Part shown: in pieces, positions 35,460 through 43,567 of the stretch
Layout of the letters: every line of letters begins with the position of its first letter
How positions within the stretch are numbered: the first letter of the stretch is position 1
Virus record (IMG/VR): IMGVR_UViG_3300005537_000007
Location: 1 to 52,660 of that record
Direction: 5' to 3' (one strand)
DNA length: 52,660 nt
Origin: a virus
Taxonomy: Duplodnaviria > Caudoviricetes
The notes under the pieces: generated by a model
The model's database searches: none
What the model was told of the DNA's origin: nothing
Seen by the model: only the letters and a program-made list of their open reading frames with translations
Program-made: the position numbers and the translations under genes

Positions 35460-36103
35460 GCAACGTAGACCGGACCTCAAATCCCGTAAGCCTCCCGACT
35501 TGGGAGGAATGTAAAGCGAAGGTGGACGCCGAAATGGCTACGCCTCTAGAAGCATTCATCTATGAGAACGAGCCCGCTCTCACGGAAAAGGCGCAGGACT
35601 TCGTTCACAAGTGCATTCCGAACTACAGCCGGCGCGCTGATGAGCAATTTCGCGGAATGTTGGCTGCTCTGATTGCGTTCGTTCGAGCACCGGACGAGAC
35701 GTCTGCGACTTGCTGGGTATCTGTGAGCGACCAACTCCCGGAACTTGGCAAGCTGGTGATGATTTGCATCGGCGGGTTCATATCCATCGGTCAGCGCTTC
35801 GAACGCAATCGATGGGCCGATCTTGCGGGAGAGTTTTACGCTCGGTCTATCACGCACTGGATGCCAATCCCTGCAGGGCCTGGGTCATCTGTGGAACCGA
35901 CACCGCCTCACCCCGGCCCGTCGATCGCGAAAGCGTTTGCTAACTCGCCGCGACGGGTCGATGTGAAAGCCAGCGGTGAGCCTGTGTCATTACCGGAAGA
36001 ATCGGGATGTCGATGCGGCTGCTATTCGGGTGGCTGTGGCCGACCGGATGGGTGTCGATGCGGGCGTGAGTGCCCGTGCTACATCTCCGGTCGCGGAGCT
36101 TGA
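35456..36103 (+). CDS. DUF551-like domain protein with Cys-rich tail
   Basis: WVSVSDQLPE...ITHWMPIP, then C-terminal CRCGC...CRC...CPC. Confidence 0.6.
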   Translation: MSNVDRTSNPVSLPTWEECKAKVDAEMATPLEAFIYENEPALTEKAQDFVHKCIPNYSRRADEQFRGMLAALIAFVRAPDETSATCWVSVSDQLPELGKLVMICIGGFISIGQRFERNRWADLAGEFYARSITHWMPIPAGPGSSVEPTPPHPGPSIAKAFANSPRRVDVKASGEPVSLPEESGCRCGCYSGGCGRPDGCRCGRECPCYISGRGA

Positions 36104-36129
36104 CACTCCCGTCACTTAACCTATACCGT
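36100..36129 (+). promoter_or_regulatory. Rightward promoter (TTGACA -35) overlapped by TGAC-N6-GTCA (36101-36114), upstream of the TetR-like gene
   Basis: TTGACA at 36100-36105. Candidate -10 TACCGT at 36124-36129 (18-bp spacer). Confidence 0.55.
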
Positions 36130-36138
36130 ATACAAACC

Positions 36139-36432
36139 ATGCTGAAAGACACTATTCTCGGGGCGGCTGTGCAGCTCGCGCGCAAATGCGGCTACCAGAA
36201 TCTAACACGGCTCAACGTGGCGCACGCCGCCGAATGCGGCACAGGGACTGTCAACTATCATTATGCGTCCATGGACTTACTACGCACCGCCGTTGTTGAG
36301 TACGCCATCCAACATGAAATATTACCCATCATCGCGGAAGCACTCACGGCTCACCACGGGGCAACACAGAATATATCCGATGCGCTGAGGCGAAAGACAG
36401 CCCGCGAATTGTCCGGCATCGACCGATTGTAG
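36139..36432 (+). CDS. TetR-like helix-turn-helix regulator (97 aa)
   Basis: ILxAAxxLxxxxGYxxLTxxxVAxxAxCxxGTVxYHYxSMxxL is the TetR N-terminal HTH signature. Confidence 0.8.
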   Translation: MLKDTILGAAVQLARKCGYQNLTRLNVAHAAECGTGTVNYHYASMDLLRTAVVEYAIQHEILPIIAEALTAHHGATQNISDALRRKTARELSGIDRL

Positions 36433-36445
36433 CCGACTTCCTCCA

Positions 36446-38881
36446 ATGCGCGACACGCGCTTACTCGATGCCCTGGCATCATACCGCGGCTTCGTAGTCT
36501 ATCGCTTGCGCCCTGGCTCGAGCGGCAAGCTCGACAAGGTGCCGGTCGATCCGCGCACCGGTCGTAACTGCGACTGGATGAGCCCCAACTCGTGGATGTA
36601 CCCCCACGAAGCACTCCTGGCCGCCCAGGCACTCGGGCCGGACTACGGCGTGGGGCTTGTGCTCATCCCCGATTGCAACCTGTTCGTGGTCGATCTGGAC
36701 GCGGCACGCGATCCGGCCGGCGGCTGGCTCCCCCACGTGAGGGCATTCGAGGAAATGTTCCGTGGCGGCTACCTCGAGACGAGCGTATCCGGTACCGGGC
36801 GGCACATCGTGGTGCGTGTTCAGACCGCGCTTCTACCGGCGCACAGGACGCGCAACGCGGACTTCCGCATGGAGGCCTACTCGCAGGCCCGATTCCTGGC
36901 AATCACCGGCCTGGACGCGGCGGGCTCGCTCGAGCACGATTTTACCGCCGTCGCGCAACGGTGGCTGGCGCAATACTTCCCACCCACCGAAGCCCCCGCG
37001 GCGGGGGAGTGGCACGAAGGCCCGGTAATCCCGTGGGAGCACCCCCTGACCGATGCCGAGCTGATCGAGCGCGCGTGCCGCTCAAGCAGCCCTCGGGCCA
37101 TCTGGGGCGGCCGGGCGGCCTTCACCGACCTGTGGACAGGCAACGTCGAAATCCTGCACCGCGTGTTCCCATCACAGACCGGCCAAGCCTACGACGGCTC
37201 CGCGGCAGACCAAGCGTTGGCCAACCACCTAGCGTTCTGGACTCGCAACGATTGCCCGCGCATGGAATCGCTGATCAAGCAGTCAGGGCTCGCGCGCGAT
37301 AAACACCATCGGCCGGACTACATGCGACGCACCATCCTGGCCGCTTGCGCAAGCCAGACGGAGTGGTACACTGGCGGGGCAGTAAGCAACCCGCTGACGC
37401 TGGGCACGGGCACGGATGACATAGGTGTCGCAACACCAAACCCAGCACTTACTATCCAGCTCGTTGGAGCGCCCCCGCAAACGATAGATACGGCACCCGT
37501 AGGTGCCTCACTGGTGGGACCGCCGGCAGGGGCGCTCCAACCGGGCGAGCTGCCTGAGCCCGGCTCCTACATGGCAATCAGCCGTTGCCGCGATCACTTC
37601 GCCGGCTACAAATACGTCAAGAGCATCGAACGTATCCAACTACCGGACGGCACCACGCAGAACAAGTCGCAGTTCGATGCGATGCGCGGGAGTTGCAAAT
37701 GGGCGATGGAACCGGATGGCTCCAAACCCTCCAGCTCCGCGTGGGACTGTTATCTGTTCAATCAAATTTACGCGTTTGACCGTGTTGACGGTCAGTACTT
37801 TAGCCCGCGCGATCCCACGGGGTGCGTGCGAAAGAAGGACGGTCAAACCGAAGTTAACTGTTACGCGCCGCTGGAGATACGCCGCGCGGAAGGCGACCCC
37901 ACGCCGTTCATTCAACACGTGCAACGCCTGTTGCCGCACGACTGGCAACTCATGATTTACACGTTGGCTGCACGCGTGAAATTTCAAGGTGTCAAGTTCA
38001 TGTGGGCGCCATTCCTCCAGGGCACCAAAGGCAATGGTAAAACGCTGCTGGCCAAGATTCTAGAATACTCCATCGGTAAACGTTACGTGCATTGGCCCAA
38101 GTCGGATCAATTGGACGAAAAATTCAACGCCGTACTGACTGACAAAATCATCATCATCGTGGATGAGATGCCGCGCAATGCGTTGGACATAGAGCCGGTA
38201 CTCAACTCGTTGGTGACGGCCACGAGCTTGGAAGTACGGCCGATGTACGCTGAGAAAATCATGCGCGACGTTTGCTTCAACATGATGTTTATCAGCAACC
38301 ACCGCACCAGCCTCCAGTGTGATCCGGACCAACGTCGTTATGCACCGTTCTTCTGCGCGCAGCAACACAAGGCTGACCTTGCGCGTGATGGGCTCACCGT
38401 AGAATACTTTCAGTGGTTTCGAGACTGGTTGGAAAATCGAGATGGATTCGCCATATGCGCCCACTACCTCAGCACTCTGCACATTCCTCGTGAGTATCAT
38501 CCTGACGTGTCTATACGTGCACCTGAGACCTCCTCCACATACGCGGCCTATCGTGCTAGCTACACGCCTGCGGAACAGGAGATTCTTGCGGCAGTTGAGG
38601 AAGCTCGCCCAGGTTTCCGCAACGGTTGGCTGTCATCTCACGCGGCGGATATGGTGTGGGCTCAAGCGGGTCGCGCGCGACATCTGCCGTTGAACACACG
38701 CCGTCAGATTATCGAAGGACTAGGTTATGTTCCACACCCGTCGCTACCGGATGGCTTGGCAACGCAGACGCTTCCAGACGGCACTCGACCACGTTTATAC
38801 CTACGTGAGGATCACCCGTGGAATACGACGATGGTCACAGCAGCACAGGTGGTAACGGGTTACCTGGAGTCACAGAAATGA
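36446..38881 (+). CDS. Primase-polymerase/SF3 helicase (NrS-1-like, with DUF5906-type C-terminus)
   Basis: Motifs KVP, DLD, ExSxSGxGxH, DxSxAD..L...LAFWT, Walker A GTKGNGKT, VDE, SNH and RRY. Confidence 0.85.
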   Translation: MRDTRLLDALASYRGFVVYRLRPGSSGKLDKVPVDPRTGRNCDWMSPNSWMYPHEALLAAQALGPDYGVGLVLIPDCNLFVVDLDAARDPAGGWLPHVRAFEEMFRGGYLETSVSGTGRHIVVRVQTALLPAHRTRNADFRMEAYSQARFLAITGLDAAGSLEHDFTAVAQRWLAQYFPPTEAPAAGEWHEGPVIPWEHPLTDAELIERACRSSSPRAIWGGRAAFTDLWTGNVEILHRVFPSQTGQAYDGSAADQALANHLAFWTRNDCPRMESLIKQSGLARDKHHRPDYMRRTILAACASQTEWYTGGAVSNPLTLGTGTDDIGVATPNPALTIQLVGAPPQTIDTAPVGASLVGPPAGALQPGELPEPGSYMAISRCRDHFAGYKYVKSIERIQLPDGTTQNKSQFDAMRGSCKWAMEPDGSKPSSSAWDCYLFNQIYAFDRVDGQYFSPRDPTGCVRKKDGQTEVNCYAPLEIRRAEGDPTPFIQHVQRLLPHDWQLMIYTLAARVKFQGVKFMWAPFLQGTKGNGKTLLAKILEYSIGKRYVHWPKSDQLDEKFNAVLTDKIIIIVDEMPRNALDIEPVLNSLVTATSLEVRPMYAEKIMRDVCFNMMFISNHRTSLQCDPDQRRYAPFFCAQQHKADLARDGLTVEYFQWFRDWLENRDGFAICAHYLSTLHIPREYHPDVSIRAPETSSTYAAYRASYTPAEQEILAAVEEARPGFRNGWLSSHAADMVWAQAGRARHLPLNTRRQIIEGLGYVPHPSLPDGLATQTLPDGTRPRLYLREDHPWNTTMVTAAQVVTGYLESQK

Positions 38882-39093
38882 GATATCGAATCGCCTACCC
38901 CACCCGTCGTCGCCACCCGCTAGCGCATCGACGTAAACCAGCGAGGCTTGAGACACAACTCAAGCAGTTGGGTATCGCTGAAAGTCCCGCGCAACGACCG
39001 GTGTTGGCCCCCGTGGATCGTTGGGCGTTACGTGCTTATCGCAACGAGTTCGGAGTGGTCACTCTAACGGGCCAAATCGTGCCGATGTATTGA
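38878..39093 (+). CDS. Hypothetical protein
   Basis: ATGA overlap with the primase stop. Basic protein of 71 aa. Confidence 0.4.
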   Translation: MRYRIAYPTRRRHPLAHRRKPARLETQLKQLGIAESPAQRPVLAPVDRWALRAYRNEFGVVTLTGQIVPMY

Positions 39094-39176
39094 TGGCTGG
39101 GGCTGGAGGATTCGAACCCCCGCCGCTCGGCCCTTGTGGCCGACGGTTCCGAGCTGCACCCACCTGTGCCGCCCCA
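39094..39176 (-). tRNA. Degenerate tRNA-like element (tRNA-Gln-like acceptor, encoded CCA, non-canonical anticodon arm)
   Basis: Acceptor TGGGGC/GCCCCA-G-CCA, T arm GGGGG-TTCGAAT-CCTCC, D-like hairpin GCAC-AGGTGG-GTGC. Confidence 0.55.
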
Positions 39177-39181
39177 TAGAC

Positions 39182-39382
39182 TTACCGTGGGTGCTGATCG
39201 CCGAGCGCGACGGCCCAAGCAATCAACGCCAACATAATAGAATGCTTTTTCGGGCCGCGCTTGCCGCAGCCCTCACATACAACCCAACTACAACGGTCAC
39301 GCTCAGTGCGTATCGTCAGCCGGCGGTGCGGGCAACGTTGAGCGTTTGAGGAACGTTCCGGTGCAGTAGATGAACGCGGCAT
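39182..39382 (-). CDS. Lar-like (restriction alleviation) Zn-ribbon protein; start uncertain
   Basis: Pattern CPH...VVCxxCGxRGP.....ALIAW resembles the Lar family. Confidence 0.4.
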   Translation of the reverse strand: MPRSSTAPERSSNAQRCPHRRLTIRTERDRCSWVVCEGCGKRGPKKHSIMLALIAWAVALGDQHPR

Positions 39383-39445
39383 AGGCAACGATAACCGCCA
39401 AAACAATGAGTGCTTTAACCATGCGGCCCCCGATCTGATATCGGG

Positions 39446-39474
39446 AGCCTAGCGCCGACTGACGGGAGAGTCAA
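39446..39474 (-). promoter_or_regulatory. Leftward sigma70 promoter TTGACT-17-TAGGCT overlapped by TGAC-N6-GTCA (39460-39473)
   Basis: Read directly. Upstream of small ORFs and the tRNA-like element. Confidence 0.65.
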
Positions 39475-39689
39475 CCCGCATCCGTGGCGACGACGGGCGG
39501 CGGGTCGGGGAAGTACCCGGCGACCTCACGAAATTCCTGCACATCATCCGTTGTCTGCACCCCGGTGGAACGCGCGGTCTCATTCACCTTGTGCATCCAC
39601 GCAGTCAGTGCGGGCGTGGGTGTCTCGTTGGGGGGCCGATCCACTCGCAGTTCAACTGCTGCAATTGATTGTGCTGCCGTCAATCCCAT
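39471..39689 (-). CDS. Hypothetical early protein
   Basis: ORF in the leftward small-gene array. Confidence 0.4.
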   Translation of the reverse strand: MGLTAAQSIAAVELRVDRPPNETPTPALTAWMHKVNETARSTGVQTTDDVQEFREVAGYFPDPPPVVATDAG

Positions 39690-39950
39690 GGTTTAGTCCG
39701 CCTGTCGCCGTGTGGTGAAGCCCGCAGTATATAGCATCGACGGTGGGGGCGGCGCAATCGCTGGGGTTTTGCCCAGCGCGTACTGCACTAACGGGCACGT
39801 ATCACCATCGACACCGGTCAACTCCTCGCGGGTCGCGGCGCGACGGGCCATGTACTGTTCGAGCGTTTCCACGGGGTGACTCCTGCGTTATTCGATGGTG
39901 CGCATCGTAGTGCTGCAAGCGAGACTCGTCCGTGAACCTCGCCGCAGTTT

Positions 39951-40142
39951 TCACACTCCACGTCGTTCTAACTCCGCCTTAAGTAAAGCTGCCGCCGTCC
40001 CCAGGTTACAGTTGAGTGCTTCCATGAGTTCCTTGCACGCCCAACCGAACGCAGCGGCCGACTCAGGCCCCGGCAACGCGGCCACGGTGACGTAGGTCGT
40101 TACCGCGTGACTGAGCGCCACCTGAACGAACCCGGCGTTCAC
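39951..40142 (-). CDS. Hypothetical early protein
   Basis: GTGA-coupled to the upstream gene. Confidence 0.45.
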   Translation of the reverse strand: MNAGFVQVALSHAVTTYVTVAALPGPESAAAFGWACKELMEALNCNLGTAAALLKAELERRGV

Positions 40143-40867
40143 GGCCCACCCCCGGTATGCGGCGCCACACCCGCCATCGCCGGTCGATTCAGCAGCACGC
40201 GGCCCACTCGGGTGCGCGCGGGGCCTCGATCAGGCGGCCGGGCTCGCGCGGTGGTCTCGGCGGGTTCTCCCTCGTCGCCCAGGCCATCCAGCAGGGCCTG
40301 TAGATCCTCCAGGATCGCCTCCAGCAATTCTCGAGCTGCGGCTGGATCCACACGCGCCTGCCGCTCTATCGCCCGCTGTAGGCCCTCAGAATTGCGCTGG
40401 ATCTGCCGCGCCACCCGGTCGGTTGGCTCCTGGGGCTGTCCGGCGCGCCGCAGGGAGTCTTTCGTCGCAGTCTCGGGGTCCACGGTGCGCAGGTCGCCGC
40501 CGGCCCTCACGTAGCCCACGAGGGTCGCCTTCGCCGTGCGGGCGAACCCGCTACGACTGTTCCGTGCCAGCATCCGGCGGCGCCGCTCGTCGCGCGGTAG
40601 CTCGAGATCATCGGCGATATCCTCCGTGACCACTCCACGCAGCACTGCGGCGTACAACGGCGCCTCGATCCGCTCGAGCGCCGCCAGCTGTGTTTCCGCG
40701 CTCATGGGTCGTCCACGCCCACGTGGGGTTCCAAGCTGTGCTTGCACCGCTACCAGCAACACGCGCAAGTAAGTGAGCCCACCACCTTGCGAGGCTACAA
40801 CGTGGGAAGTGTGATCACGGGCCAATTGCTCCACCTGGGCCTCGGTCATGACGTACTTGGATTTCAT
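40139..40867 (-). CDS. Hypothetical Arg-rich helical protein (242 aa)
   Basis: Long ORF starting MKSKYVM. Flanked upstream by TGAC-N6-GTCA sites at 40889 and 40993. Confidence 0.65.
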   Translation of the reverse strand: MKSKYVMTEAQVEQLARDHTSHVVASQGGGLTYLRVLLVAVQAQLGTPRGRGRPMSAETQLAALERIEAPLYAAVLRGVVTEDIADDLELPRDERRRRMLARNSRSGFARTAKATLVGYVRAGGDLRTVDPETATKDSLRRAGQPQEPTDRVARQIQRNSEGLQRAIERQARVDPAAARELLEAILEDLQALLDGLGDEGEPAETTARARPPDRGPARTRVGRVLLNRPAMAGVAPHTGGGP

Positions 40868-41048
40868 GTTCAGTACTCTCAACAACACTGACGGATGTGT
40901 CAGCACACTGAGATATGCAGGAGGCGTGCCAGCGCGTTGCGTAGCAATACACACACTTAACTTGCTACAGCTGTAGCGTTGCGCTGCAATACTGACCGAC
41001 TCGTCAGTAAATGCTACATAACACTACAACCGTATTATCGTTGAACAT

Positions 41049-41076
41049 AAAAAAAGCCCCGGTTGTGAGCCGGGGC
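41049..41076 (-). terminator. Rho-independent terminator
   Basis: GCCCCGG-7 nt-CCGGGGC stem followed by T7 on the minus strand. Confidence 0.8.
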
Positions 41077-41120
41077 AAAGAACGTTGGCCAGTCGCGGAC
41101 CCAACGTTCAGGGGGTCAAT

Positions 41121-41273
41121 TCAATTGTAGCGACTGTTCAAGTAATCCACAAATGTTTCTACATCGGATGGAGACCAATCGCGGCCATCTCGAATGAACA
41201 CAGCATCGGGAATGTCCACGCTGCGAAATTCCCACTCGCCCAAATTGCGCAGGTAGCGTGCTTTCCATTTCAT
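41121..41273 (-). CDS. Small hypothetical protein (MKWKARYL...)
   Basis: ATGA-coupled to the upstream lipoprotein gene and last gene before the terminator. Confidence 0.45.
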   Translation of the reverse strand: MKWKARYLRNLGEWEFRSVDIPDAVFIRDGRDWSPSDVETFVDYLNSRYN

Positions 41274-41755
41274 ATCGGGCACCTCGTGCCGCTCGGCCGG
41301 ATTCCTTCGCGGAAATTGCGAGCCACCGCGGCACCTGAATAGACGAATGACACAACGTACCATGTCTGACGTGCGATCTTCCACGCGCGCATGCTATCCG
41401 GGTGTTCGACGCTCTCGCGGGCTACCTGCACATCGAGCCACGAGGAGACAAACGAGTGAACGCCCGCCATCAGCGCGTTGACGGCGATCACCTTCGATTC
41501 GGAGGGATGCGGCCCGCCGTACATCAGCCGCGCCAATGGGTCGCCTTCGAAATAACACACGGGATGCCGCGCGATCTGAACGGTTTGTGCGGTGTCCACG
41601 GTGTCTAAAGCTTGCCACACGGCTTCCTGGTATTGCGAGGAGCGCTCGCTAGGCTGCAACGGCATGGGCAGCATAGCGCAACCGGGCAGCAGGAGTTGAA
41701 TGAGCAACACGGCCAGAATCGCACCGATGTAGTAATAGCGTTCGTGGATGCGCAC
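41270..41755 (-). CDS. Predicted lipoprotein/membrane protein
   Basis: GTG start with GGAG RBS. Hydrophobic signal plus lipobox LLPG-C, then DxxQT...ExDP and amphipathic helices. Confidence 0.6.
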   Translation of the reverse strand: MRIHERYYYIGAILAVLLIQLLLPGCAMLPMPLQPSERSSQYQEAVWQALDTVDTAQTVQIARHPVCYFEGDPLARLMYGGPHPSESKVIAVNALMAGVHSFVSSWLDVQVARESVEHPDSMRAWKIARQTWYVVSFVYSGAAVARNFREGIRPSGTRCPI

Positions 41756-41757
41756 GG

Positions 41758-41973
41758 TTATATCTCCAGTGGGATAACATCGACCCAAGCCCCCAAGGGT
41801 GCAAGATGATACACCGTCGCTCGCGCGAGATGCACATCGGCTAACGGCACATACATCTCTGCGTTCCATAAAGGGCCTACAAACAACTTCCATTTGTGTC
41901 GAATTGCCGTTTCTACGAAACCCAAGCGTGTATCTACACAGATCGATGGTGGTGTGTCGTTCAGGCGTATCAT
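41758..41973 (-). CDS. Hypothetical early protein
   Basis: Fills the gap in a tightly packed leftward array. Confidence 0.4.
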   Translation of the reverse strand: MIRLNDTPPSICVDTRLGFVETAIRHKWKLFVGPLWNAEMYVPLADVHLARATVYHLAPLGAWVDVIPLEI

Positions 41974-41976
41974 GCA

Positions 41977-42336
41977 TCACCCGATGAAGAAACAACTACC
42001 CAGGAACGCTATCCGCACATCCGCGCGATCTCGATGAGCGTAATACGCGTCATTTAGAAACTGCAGTGCGCTCAATCGAGACACCCGAACATACGCGGCC
42101 ACGCGGAATGCCGGGCCAAATTCGACTTTAGGCGGAGCGAACTGGTCAACGTGTACGTGAAACGTGCGACCGCTGGAGTTGTGTATCAGTCGGCACGCCT
42201 CTTCATAATCCACGTGGAAGACTCGGATCGTTTCGGCACCATTAAGCTGGTGGATCGAGTCGGTTGTTTCCTTGCCTTCCACGGTGAGAATGTTCGCCTT
42301 GCCACCCTCTGACGGAGCTACACAATACATGCTCAT
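41977..42336 (-). CDS. Hypothetical early protein
   Basis: ATGA-coupled to the upstream gene. Confidence 0.5.
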   Translation of the reverse strand: MSMYCVAPSEGGKANILTVEGKETTDSIHQLNGAETIRVFHVDYEEACRLIHNSSGRTFHVHVDQFAPPKVEFGPAFRVAAYVRVSRLSALQFLNDAYYAHRDRADVRIAFLGSCFFIG

Positions 42337-42570
42337 GGCAACAGGCCCCACCGCGGGCTGGTGCGCATCACATGGACGTGGTGTCTGCGCAATTGCTTGG
42401 AATATCGGTACAGGTTACGCGCAAGCTCCAGATTGAAGAACGGGTTGCGCTGGTTCCAAGCCCGCACACGTTCGCGGAAATCCGAAGACACCGCACCCCG
42501 CATCACGGTGCGACCGCTCATGGCAGCAGACTCCACCGCGGGCTGGTGCGCATCACATGGATGCGGTGTC
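42331..42570. repeat. Imperfect 55-bp direct repeat (42331-42385 and 42516-42570) forming the 3' ends of two adjacent small genes
   Basis: Identical 29-bp core ccaccgcgggctggtgcgcatcacatgga. Confidence 0.85.
42333..42521 (-). CDS. 62-aa protein ending HVMRTSPRWGLLP
   Basis: ATGA-coupled on both sides. Confidence 0.5.
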   Translation of the reverse strand: MSGRTVMRGAVSSDFRERVRAWNQRNPFFNLELARNLYRYSKQLRRHHVHVMRTSPRWGLLP

Positions 42571-42640
42571 CGTAGCCTATGCGGTCCCACCCCGCACGGG
42601 CGGCCAGCATGGCTTCGATTACAAAGCGGCGTACGTTCAT
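42518..42640 (-). CDS. 40-aa protein ending HVMRTSPRWSLLP
   Basis: Read manually. ATGA-coupled on both sides. Confidence 0.45.
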   Translation of the reverse strand: MNVRRFVIEAMLAARAGWDRIGYGHRIHVMRTSPRWSLLP

Positions 42641-42735
42641 ATGCCGCGCACCTTGCTGCGGCGATCGCGTTTAATCGGCTCCTGCGCCCACGGGTCGCGC
42701 GGGGCTACGGGTGGGGCATTGTCGTAGGGGTTCAT
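42637..42735 (-). CDS. 32-aa leader ORF of the early cassette
   Basis: GAGGAG RBS, first ORF after the promoter, ATGA-coupled. Confidence 0.45.
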   Translation of the reverse strand: MNPYDNAPPVAPRDPWAQEPIKRDRRSKVRGI

Positions 42736-42765
42736 AGCTGGGGCTCCTCGAGTGACTGTGTGCGT

Positions 42766-42809
42766 AGAATACTGACGGGGCGGTCAGTCGTCAAGTGAAA
42801 TACATCACA
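42766..42809 (-). promoter_or_regulatory. Leftward sigma70 promoter TTGACG-17-TATTCT with TGAC-N6-GTCA operator in the spacer and a CRP-like AGTGA-N6-TCACA box
   Basis: Same geometry as the promoters at 23470 and 45280. Confidence 0.75.
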
Positions 42810-42810
42810 A

Positions 42811-43197
42811 TCACTCGCTTTGGTTACGCGGGTCTTCGATCTCGTACGCCAAGTCGCGCTTGCTCCAATACTCACAAGCCTCCTGCGCACCGGCCGGTAG
42901 CTGGCCACCCCGCTTGACGCGCCAAAATTCGAAAATGCAACGCTGCAAATACAAGCGCAACTCGATGCGCTCCGCGTTGGTGCTTTCCTCCAAAGTCAAT
43001 AGCTTTTCGCTTTGGTAGGTTTTCACCCCGTCAAACGGCATGAGCTTCGGCGACACCACCACGCTTACGCACGTCACGCAACCGCCCGTGCTGGTATACC
43101 GCTTCGAATAGTGGCCGTACTTACAGGGCTTACCCGTGGTGAAGAACTTTTCGCCAGCTCGCGCCGCCAGCAATCGTTGTGAATAGATCGAAGTCAT
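42811..43197 (-). CDS. Protein with N-terminal TGKPCxxGH...RY....CxxC Zn-binding motif
   Basis: This motif is often found on phage HNH-associated DNA-binding proteins. No HNH motif is visible here. Confidence 0.6.
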   Translation of the reverse strand: MTSIYSQRLLAARAGEKFFTTGKPCKYGHYSKRYTSTGGCVTCVSVVVSPKLMPFDGVKTYQSEKLLTLEESTNAERIELRLYLQRCIFEFWRVKRGGQLPAGAQEACEYWSKRDLAYEIEDPRNQSE

Positions 43198-43415
43198 ATT
43201 GGCTATTACCTATTAATTAAGAACGCCACTATCCTCGCAGCTATTCATTCTTGCGTCAATAATTCGACGACGCCCACCCCCTGCTTCTCTCTATATTATT
43301 AAACCCTATTACTTATTTTTACTCTTCTACATTCTATATATATCTCACATAATACCTTTTAATAATTGCGTTAAAGGGTAGGGGACATACCCGTGACGGT
43401 ACGGTCAGTCATTCT

Positions 43416-43442
43416 TGCAAGATGCAAGATGCAAGATGCAAG
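43416..43442. repeat. Tandem heptamer (TGCAAGA)x3 plus TGCAAG in the AT-rich divergent region
   Basis: Read directly. Adjacent to TGACGGTACGGTCA at 43394-43407. Confidence 0.85.
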
Positions 43443-43567
43443 CTCGTGGTGATCGCGTTACATAAGTGTGGACTTATATGAAAACTGACGACACTTAAGC
43501 GATTGCTTGACTAATAAGCGTAGGCTTATACATTGATTTTTAACCGCAAACCTACATACTTTTACGC

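Noticed and set aside
39094-39125. attP site (tRNA 3' end) indicating a temperate lifestyle
   Set aside because: No integrase, excisionase or CI/Cro switch was found, and the 5' acceptor strand is also present, which favours a whole tRNA-like gene.
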